Virus record (IMG/VR): IMGVR_UViG_3300032286_000962
Coordinates: 1 to 62,288 of that record
From: a virus
Taxonomy: Duplodnaviria > Caudoviricetes
Reading direction: 5' to 3' (one strand)
DNA length: 62,288 nt
In this document: positions 9,961-19,100 of the stretch, in pieces
Layout: every line of letters begins with the position of its first letter
Numbering within the stretch: position 1 is the stretch's first letter
Translations under genes and position numbers: made by a program
Notes under the pieces: generated by a model
Told to the model about the DNA's origin: nothing
Database searches by the model: none
The model's input: the letters and a program-made list of their open reading frames with translations, nothing else

Positions 9961-10848
9961 ATGGGCGGAACACCAGAAATTCAAGCGCCAGACACCAAGC
10001 CCATGTGGGCGTCTCTGCAGATGCAGCAGAGCGGTCAGAATCAAGCGATGCAGAATCGTGCTGACCTGCTCAAGTACATGTCTCAAATTTCTCCTGCAGT
10101 TTCCTACACCGACATTTGGGGTCAGAAGGGTGCAGCGAATGTGGCGAAGGACGCTGCGGAAATCAATTATCGAAATCAACAGGCAATGCAGAAGGCGCTC
10201 GATCCTCAAGGATTTCAGATCGCTGAGGATACCCGCAACCGCGTTGCTCAAATGGTTAGCCCAGCAGGTCAGAAGGCGCTGGCGAACCAGCAGTTTGCAC
10301 AGCGCACGTTGCCGGGCATGTACGGCACTGGTCTCGACCCGCGCAGCACGATTTATGGAAGCGGATTGTTCGATTCAAACACGCTTCAGGGGCTACAACT
10401 CCAGCAGCAATTGGCCAATCTTGGTCAAGGATACAGCGCGGCCAATCCAGCTCCGAAAGTTGGCCTTGATCCCGGCATGGTCGCCTCCGTCGCCTCTCAG
10501 GAGGGAGCACGAGCTGCGGATCGTGCGAATGCATTCACACAGAATATCCTCCAAGGCGCTGGCAACCTTCAACAGGGCTACGAGGCTGGAATGAACAACC
10601 TCTACAGCAATATTGGACAAGCGGTGCAGACCAGTATGGCCAATCAACTTGCCGCACAACAAGCAAGCCTAGCTGGACAGTCTCAAACTACAGGATCGAT
10701 GTATCAGGGTCTTGGTGCTCTTGGTGGCGGGATTCTTGGATCCTTCGCAGGCCCACTAGGAACTGCTGCTGGGAGTTATATTGGGAAATCACTTGGTGGA
10801 ATGGCGGGTGGACAAAGTGCAGGACAAGCTACTGGATTTGGAAGATAA
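9961..10848 (+). CDS. Ejection / internal virion protein (pilot-like)
   Basis: MGG start, Q/A/G-rich, with a C-terminal GxxxG glycine zipper (GLGALGGGILGSFAGPLGTAAG). Confidence 0.7.
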   Translation: MGGTPEIQAPDTKPMWASLQMQQSGQNQAMQNRADLLKYMSQISPAVSYTDIWGQKGAANVAKDAAEINYRNQQAMQKALDPQGFQIAEDTRNRVAQMVSPAGQKALANQQFAQRTLPGMYGTGLDPRSTIYGSGLFDSNTLQGLQLQQQLANLGQGYSAANPAPKVGLDPGMVASVASQEGARAADRANAFTQNILQGAGNLQQGYEAGMNNLYSNIGQAVQTSMANQLAAQQASLAGQSQTTGSMYQGLGALGGGILGSFAGPLGTAAGSYIGKSLGGMAGGQSAGQATGFGR

Positions 10849-10924
10849 TTTAATTGCGTCTGCACTCTGTTTGTCTTACAAATTACCACAAATTTAACCA
10901 CAACCTCTAACCAACTAAAATATC

Positions 10925-11422
10925 ATGGGCGGCGCACCTAAAATTGTTCAGCAAAAAGACAACTCAATGGAAATGATGGCGATGATGCAGCGCCAGCAAG
11001 AAGCAGCTGCAGCCGCTGCCCGTGAGGCACAACGTCAAGCTGCAATTCAAGCTCAGAATCAAGCTAACCAACAGATGGCCAACCAAAGTCAGCAGGCTGT
11101 TGGTCAATACTTGAGCCAGCAGAATCAACTTCAAAAGGGGCAAGATCTTGCCGCAATTCAGGCCGCTTCCTCCGCAGCACTTGGTGCTGGTGGAGCTGCT
11201 ACTGGTGGTGGTTTCGACATCAACAAATCCAAGGAGCAGGCTCTCTCCAATCTAGGAGCAGCTTCTAGTCAACTTTCCCCAACGGCTTACAACCAAGCTG
11301 GAGGTGGTGGATCCACGATGAATCCAGCACTTGCTGGTCAAGCCGCGACGGTAAATCAGACGTCTCAAGCCAATCAATTCACCATGCCTTCGATGGCGGG
11401 GATCACTTTCGGAGGATCCTAG
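10925..11422 (+). CDS. Ejection / internal virion protein
   Basis: MGG start, Q/A-rich, in the ejection gene cluster. Confidence 0.6.
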   Translation: MGGAPKIVQQKDNSMEMMAMMQRQQEAAAAAAREAQRQAAIQAQNQANQQMANQSQQAVGQYLSQQNQLQKGQDLAAIQAASSAALGAGGAATGGGFDINKSKEQALSNLGAASSQLSPTAYNQAGGGGSTMNPALAGQAATVNQTSQANQFTMPSMAGITFGGS

Positions 11423-11434
11423 TCTCCTCCGTTA

Positions 11435-13108
11435 ATGGCTTACGACACCTCTGGTTTTAATTTGAATTTGGGTCAGGAGCAGGCAATTGTGCCTTCTCTT
11501 GCGAACCTCGCTCCGTACGCTCCCAACTTCCAAGGGATGGCGTGGAAGCCCGCCAATATTCAAGCTCCAGACGTTTCGGAGGCCAAGGGAATCGGCGCTG
11601 CGTTAAGCTCGATCGGAGAAGGAATCAAAGTTGCCTACAAGTCTGCACAAGACGACAAGAAGGAACTACGAAAGTACGCTATAGAGAGCGCCAAACTTGC
11701 TGCTGCTGAAAACAAAGAAGCCATCAGGGAGGCGAGAGCTCAACAGAACCACGCCGATTCCATGGCCATGCAAGCGGCGAACCTCGCTGTCTCTCAGGGG
11801 CAATTGAGCCTAGCACAACAAAAGCAAGCTGATAAGACGAGTGGAGCTGGTAATTACGACGAGTATCTCACTCCTGAAAATGTTGAAGCTAACGCAACTG
11901 GAGACAGGATTGAAGGTGTGATGCAGGGCATTAAGAAAAAAGAAACTCCTCAGTACTTTCCAGAATCGAAACTTGAACTCGGTGCTCCTGCGCCTCCAGT
12001 CGATGAGTCTGGCGGTTTGTCTTTTGACAGCGGAAATAATCTTGGATCTTTGACCGCTCCAGTAGCCATGCCCGCAGATCAGCGGTACGCTGCACTTCAG
12101 GACATCGGATCAAGCAGTTCGCCATTTAACGTAGCCAGTGCTGATGGTGCGGGGATGAATGCTCCAACGCCTGATCTCCCGTACTCGCTTCAGGGAGGAG
12201 TGCCTAAGCCACTCGCAGACGTTCAAGTTCCTAGCACGAGGGAGCTTTATTCTAGCTCTGGATTTACCCCCACTCCTATCCCAACCTATGGAACTACTAC
12301 GCAGGAAACTCCTGCAGTTGCAGCTACCCAGCCTTCGCGGTCTCCGATCGTGGCGTTCCCTATCGCTGATCCCAAGGGCGGCGTGCTCGGTTACGCGTAC
12401 TACGATAGGGCTTCCAGAAAGCTGATACCGGGTTCCTACGTAGCTGAGACAAAGGCTTCAAACATTTCTCCCGCTGGCTTCCAAGTTCCAGAGGGACAAG
12501 TATTAAAGGGTATGACAATTTCTTCGGAAGGCAAGCCCAGCTACACCTATGGACTAGAGAAGGAAGGAAAAGCTGAAGCTCCGCTCCTGCAGGATCAGAT
12601 GAAGATCTTGACCAACATCGAGGGTGCCAACTCCACCTTGAACAATATCGAGACGAAACTCAAAGAGATCGGTAGTTCTACTGGCCCGATTGTTGGAACT
12701 GCACGTGGGTACAATCCCTACGACGTCGTTGCCCAGTCGGTCGAGAACATGGTCAATAGTCTGGTACCGGGTCTCGCACGCGGTGTCTTCGGCGAGGTCG
12801 GCGTGCTAACCGATAGCGACGTGAAGCGTTACAAAGCGCTTATCCCCAACATGAGGACTGACCCAAAAGTCGCGCAGCAGATCATGAAGGATCTTCGTGA
12901 GAAACTAAACAGCACCAAGAAAGCCAACTTGGGAGTCTGGGAAAAAGCTGGCTACAACACGAAGGGGTTCCAAGAAACTGAACCGCCTGCAAAAAACGAG
13001 CTTCAGAAATTGGTGAAAGAAATTGATTCTGCCAAAGATCAAAACTCGCCAGAGATTCTCGCAAAAAAGAAACGAGCAACTGAACTTTACCTCTTGCAAC
13101 GCAAATAA
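11435..13108 (+). CDS. Ejection / internal virion protein
   Basis: Coiled-coil plus low-complexity regions, C-terminal GVLTDSDVKRY motif, directly upstream of the giant gene. Confidence 0.65.
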   Translation: MAYDTSGFNLNLGQEQAIVPSLANLAPYAPNFQGMAWKPANIQAPDVSEAKGIGAALSSIGEGIKVAYKSAQDDKKELRKYAIESAKLAAAENKEAIREARAQQNHADSMAMQAANLAVSQGQLSLAQQKQADKTSGAGNYDEYLTPENVEANATGDRIEGVMQGIKKKETPQYFPESKLELGAPAPPVDESGGLSFDSGNNLGSLTAPVAMPADQRYAALQDIGSSSSPFNVASADGAGMNAPTPDLPYSLQGGVPKPLADVQVPSTRELYSSSGFTPTPIPTYGTTTQETPAVAATQPSRSPIVAFPIADPKGGVLGYAYYDRASRKLIPGSYVAETKASNISPAGFQVPEGQVLKGMTISSEGKPSYTYGLEKEGKAEAPLLQDQMKILTNIEGANSTLNNIETKLKEIGSSTGPIVGTARGYNPYDVVAQSVENMVNSLVPGLARGVFGEVGVLTDSDVKRYKALIPNMRTDPKVAQQIMKDLREKLNSTKKANLGVWEKAGYNTKGFQETEPPAKNELQKLVKEIDSAKDQNSPEILAKKKRATELYLLQRK

Positions 13109-13114
13109 TTTATT

Positions 13115-16100
13115 ATGGGATTCCTTGAAGAACTGGATCAAAAATACCCTCAAGAGACCCCAAAGGAGGAACCCACTAAGCCTAGTGGTTTCCTTGGGGA
13201 GCTAGAGAGTAAGTACAAGGATGCTCCCGTGGAGCAGCCGAAGTCGTTCTTGAGTGATTTGGAGCAGAAGTACGACGTAAATCCAGACTCTCTACGCAGC
13301 AGGAAAGAGCGCGGCGAGCCGCTTTCCGAGGATCAGGAGCGAGTTATCTTCGACGCAGACCGAGCCCGCAGCCTTGGAGAACAAGCAGCTGCAACTGGCA
13401 AGGGAGTCTTTACTAGTCTCAGTGAGATGGTTCCCCAAGCATTTGAGGGATCGAAAAGAATCATAGGCGCTAACAAGGATCTTCTTAAAGAAATTGGAAT
13501 CAAATACCTAGACGTCAATCCACTTGTTCCAGAGATTGCGGTCAACTACATCGCGGGCAACACGGCTGAAGACAGAAAAGATGCTCTGGAGAAGGCCGCT
13601 AAGAAAGAGTCGGAAACCGTCAGGTCATTGGCGTCTGGCGCAGTTCAGGCTGGTGAAGAAGTAATCAACGAGGCCGCACGTGGTGCGTTCTTCGGCACTC
13701 CCCTCACAGATCTCGTTCAGGAGTACCCCACTGGCAAATTGGCAGTCGAAGCCATGAAGGCTGGTGGCCCTGTAGGATTCGCCAGTGAACTACTGAGTCA
13801 AAAGATTTTTGGAGAACCGCTAGTTGACCTGAAGCCGATCACGAAGGACGAGTCGTTTTTGAGATCTAGACAGCGTGAAAGTATGCGCCAGCAGGAGCAG
13901 CAGGAGTACAAAGATCTGCCAGAACGAACCACAGCGGCGTTGGTGAAGCTAGCCGAAAGCTCCGTCGGTTCTGCGCTTGGCAAGTCTTTGGGAGTTCCTT
14001 CCGACGAGCAGTTCCAAAAGGACTTGGTTCAGGAGCTGAAAAACAACGCCATCGTCCCAGACAAGGACATTGCCATGATCGGCAATATGTTGAGTCCGCT
14101 CGACCCTACTTTTATCTTGGCTGGGCCGCTGGCTAGGGCGTCGTCAAAGGCGTTTGACATAGCATCGGGAGCTGGTCTGCGAGCTATTACCAAGCCGACG
14201 ATTGCTGGAATGAATCCCCTCGAAGCGACTGGACGTGTGATACGATTCGGCGGAGAGGGCGCACAAAATGTTGCTAGAAAGTTCAGCGACTTCCTAACTG
14301 GGTCAGAAGACAGCTTCATCGGCAAGCTGGCGGATCCACTTGTAGCGGTTACCAAACGCCCCGGCATGATGGTCGAGGGCGCTGGACGTGCTCTCAGGGA
14401 CATCGGACGTCAGATCGACGACGTCGGAGTACGCTCTCGTACGGGAATCATCGAGCGTGCTGGACAGGACGCACGTTCTGGAGACTTTATGCGTACGGTC
14501 TTCGGATCTGGCACCGAGAAGGCTCAGGCCAGAGCACTTAAAGCAGCCGAGAAGCTCGCTGGTGAGGGCGGAGAGGCTGGCGTTCCAACGTCAACACTAA
14601 GCTCAAAGCGACTAGCAGCCGCTAGAACTGCGGACTGGGTATTCAGACAGGCCGAAGCCATAGCGCGTTACGGAACGAGTGGTGCTGCCATCGGAACCGC
14701 TCTTGGACTGCCAGACATCGAGAACGCGGAGCAGCTTGGACAGGTGGCCACCACTGGAGCCATGGTCGGTGCTATCGGCGGTATGAGACTTGGGGAGAAA
14801 GGCGCAAAGATAATCGATCCTAGGGTTTCGCTGAAAGGAAAGATCGACGCTATCCTAGCGGATGATCCTGTCTCAAGACGCGCCGACGAGGACGCCGACA
14901 TCGAGCGTTTCCGCAATACTGCATCTCCAGACATCATCAACAAGGCCGACGAATTGGGAAATATCAATTCCGTTCTGCAATCTTTTGATGGGCATATCCA
15001 GAATCTGACCGCACAACGCGACCAAGCAATTGCTCGTGGAGAAGGCGACGTCGCCGCTGGCATAGAGCTAGAGATTCAGAAGACCATTGCCAGCAAGGAC
15101 GCGGTCTCCAAGATGACTCCAGACGCCGCGAAGGAGTACCAGCGTCGAGTTGATCTCACGCTCTCGGACGCGCTAGACCAAGCCAAAACCACTGGCGAGG
15201 CGGTGGGTCTCAACAACATCGAGATCAAGCTGCTCTCTCCAGTCGAGATGCTGGGTCACCTTCGAGACAAGTGGGGATCGACCCTGACAAACGCGGAGTA
15301 CGTTCTCCAGTCTCTGGCAGGCAACAACGACCTGAGCGACGCGGATCAGCAGAAACTCAATCAGGCGCAGGAGACTGTCAATCAGTTCAACGCGATGTAT
15401 CAGACCGCCATGGGACAGCGGGGATATGCCATGTCTGAGAACACGTATTCGGACAGCCCCATGCATCTGCGTCCAGCGAATCTCAAGACTCCATCGGTCG
15501 TCATCAACTCCGAACTGGTGAAGAGCCAACTCGGAAACAATTTGTACGGAACCCTGCGCCACGAGATCGATCACGCGCTTAGAAACTTCAAAGAAGTAAG
15601 GGCGATGATGGGCCCGCTTGAGGAGTACTTGTTTGGCAAGAAGGTTCAGAACGCTGATGGAAGCATCACCGAAATATCGAAAGGAATTTACGACGACGCG
15701 GCGATCGATCGCATGGGCGATTACTACGCGGATCTTTTGGGCGGAGACAAGTGGAAGGCTGGATTTGCTACAGAAGGTCAGTACAGGGACTACATCAAGG
15801 AAGAGATCCTAGCTGAGGCCGCTGGCCTGTCCTCCAACACGGCCAACCTTCGCGCTGACTTGGACTCGCCCGGTCAAGCCTTCGTCGATTGGGCCGCTAC
15901 CGCCAACAAGAATACTTTGATCGGAAGGATCCGCGACGCGCTCGGTCTCAAGGGCGTGCTGTTAGACGAGTCGGGAGGAATCTCCGACATCCTCGGAGAG
16001 ACGCTCTCTCCAGAGGTTCTCGCACTTACTCGTCAGTACCAGCGCCAGCTTCGAGACTACAACGGATCCTTGTCGCAGATCACTTCTGCCAGTGGGCCAG

Positions 16101-19100
16101 AAGTTACGATCTCAGCTCCTGAGCTGCTATCGAGCAAGATTCTGCAGAACAAGTATCGCGGACTCGACATCTGGCAAAAGGAGCAGGTGCTCACGATCAA
16201 GGACGACGAAGGAAACGTGGTGCGAGAAGTCGTAGTGCCTCAGTCCGCGTCTCTAAACACGCTTGTCGGACAATACCGACTAGAAGGTGGAATGCTTGTG
16301 GACGAGAACGGAAACAAGATGCAGATCGCTCCTGAGATCGCTGCAGCCAATCTTCCAGACAACACCAACCTCTCTGTTGACCAAAGAATCGCAAGAAATC
16401 CAGACGGTTCTCCGAAGATCCTATCGAATCGAGAGATTCAGGCGCGTGCTAGGAAGCGTGGACAAGTCCTTAGAAACGCCATCGAGGGCGCTGTGGAGGA
16501 CGGATCGACAAACCGAGTCCGACCAGTCGGAGAGGACGAGTACGCTGGGATTCTGAGTCCGAGTCAGATGCAGGCGATCTTGGAACTTCCCAACGACATC
16601 GTGTCTCCAGAGTTGAAGCGCAAGATTGTAGCTTTCAACGAGGTGTGTCTCCGCAAGGACGGAACACGAATGATCGTCGAGTACCAAGCGGCCCTGAAGG
16701 GTGGCAAGTACAAGGCACTGGCTCCAAAGATCCGCGATGTTGTTCCTTTTGGATTCCGTATCACCAAGGACGGAAACTTCTTAGCGACCACAATTTCCGT
16801 AAGTAGAATTTTCGACAAGATCAACGCGTGGGCGAAGCCCAACAGGAACAGGTTGAACCTTTGGAACGGAGACACCAACGCGTTGTGGGAAGACATCATT
16901 CACGTTCTCAAGAATCACCAGAAGGGCGAGCGCGGAGAAGTCGGACTCGACGTTGATCCCGACATGGCGAAGCTCAAGAAGGATCGAATCAACGACATCT
17001 TCAATCTCTTCGACAAGGCCACCGAGGCCAACAATCCCGATCGTTCCGTAAGCAAGACTCGCAAGGGTCAAGACTCAATCGACCGAGTGATCATGGGCAT
17101 GAGGATGGATCGTGTGAATGATTTCGCTGTCTCCAACGCTCAGAAGCTGCCAGTAGATTACGGCAAGATCAAAGAGAACTACATGCCGTACGTGCCTGTA
17201 GATCCAGTCGAGGAAGCAGGTTTCAACTGGCCACCAGAGGTCGAGGACGCAATCGTTCGAGTTAGGTCGGTGCTGGAGAACCCAGAGAACATGCCTACTG
17301 AGGCCAAGCCCGAAGCACCGCTTCCAGTCAACCTCTACGAGTCGGGAACTAGCTTGGAGTCCTTTGGATCTGATTCGCTGAAAGAGATTGCCAAGTACTA
17401 CGGCGTACCTGTCCCAGAGAAAGCTGGCAGAGGCGAGATCATCGACCTCGTTCAAAACCAAAAGTCTGGAGTACAATTCAAGCCAGTGGTGCCCGAAGAC
17501 GGCAAGGAGTCTAAGTTCGCGTTCACGACTTCAACAACTCGCAACGACGAGATAAAGAGGTTGATAGCTAATGGTGACGAAGACGGTATCAGGAACCTGA
17601 ACAGGACTACCATTCTCCACGTTCTCTCGGACTTGAAGAACGTCAACGTGTCGATAGAAGACGCCAAGGGCGTGTATCAGGGCGACAAGGAAATCTCTTC
17701 CATAGTTAAAGTAAGAACCAAGAACGACGAGGACTTGAACAAAGTCAGAAGCAGGCTCGCGGATGCCGCGAAGCTCTTCCAGCAAATGGAATTTTTGGAA
17801 GAGAAATTAAATGGTGGAGACCGAGAGTTGCTCGGTCAGGTCGACGATGAGGGGTACAAGCACATCGGAAGCGCCACATTGTTTACGGACGGCGTTACGG
17901 AGCAGCAGATTGAAACGGCTAGGAAATTGGCTGGCATCGACGGATTAACGCTTGCAGATGGAAGAGTTGAGCTGTATGACAGAGGTGATGATCCAGAATT
18001 CTTCAACAGAGTTGCAGCCTTTGACAGAGCAATCCGACAAGCTGGAGGTATGGTCGCATCGTCTGAAACAGGCGTTGCAGCAGTCAAATCCTACAGTGAG
18101 GATCCGCAACAATACCAAGGCACCATCGGATACGACGACGAGTCGCTTTCTATTCATTCCGCAAAAGGCGAGCGAGACCGACTCAGCACGCCCCTCGTAA
18201 CAAAATTGCTCGGCCTGCTGGGGAGGCCGCTGGACGCCCTAGAAAACGGAAAGAGGTCGTACTTCGAGGCGGTAGACCTGACGCCAAGACAGGTCAAGAA
18301 GCAGGTAGACATAGCGGATAGGTTCAACGACCTGCCAGTCAACGACCTCGACAATCCTCTCGTACAGAAAGCGTACCAACGACTCAGCGAGGAGATTCTC
18401 AAGCAGTACGATAGTCTTGTGGCTGGGCCTGATGGCACGAGATTTACGAGCCAGCTATGGTCTGAGGGCGGAGAGCCCTACAAGTCTTCCGCAGAAGCGG
18501 TCAAGGACATCCAAACGAACAACTCGCTGAAGTTCCTGAAGACAGATCCCACTGTTTTCGGGCCAGAGGGAGTTGACTTCAGCTTCCATCCGCTGCTCGA
18601 AGATAGCGGAAGGAGAGACGCAAACGGAGTTCCCTTGGTCTACAACGATTTGTTCAGGGCCGTCCACGACGCGATCGCACACGGTTTATTCGGCGCTGAG
18701 TTTGGGCCGATCGGAGAGGAGTCCGCTTGGCAGACTCACCTGCGAACCATCGACGATCCTTGGGCTCGCTGGGCATTGACTAGTGAGACGAGGGGTCAGA
18801 ATTCGTACGTAAATTATCGTCGTGAGATGCTCAATGAAAACGGCATGCCGATCAAGAAGGGGGAGGAAGGATACATCCCACTTGAGAAGCGCGGATTCGC
18901 CGATCAGAAAGCTGCGTTGCTCCCTCTCACCGATTCGATGACTGGCAACGCGAAGGTCGACGAGCCCGTCAAAAAGCTGATGGAAGAACTTGGGCCTGAA
19001 GAGTCCATGGGAAGCTACGCTGGGCCAGCGTTCAAGCCAGCAAACATCACTCGTAAAGTCGGAGCTAACGAAGACTTCATCACGATACCCGAAGAGAACG

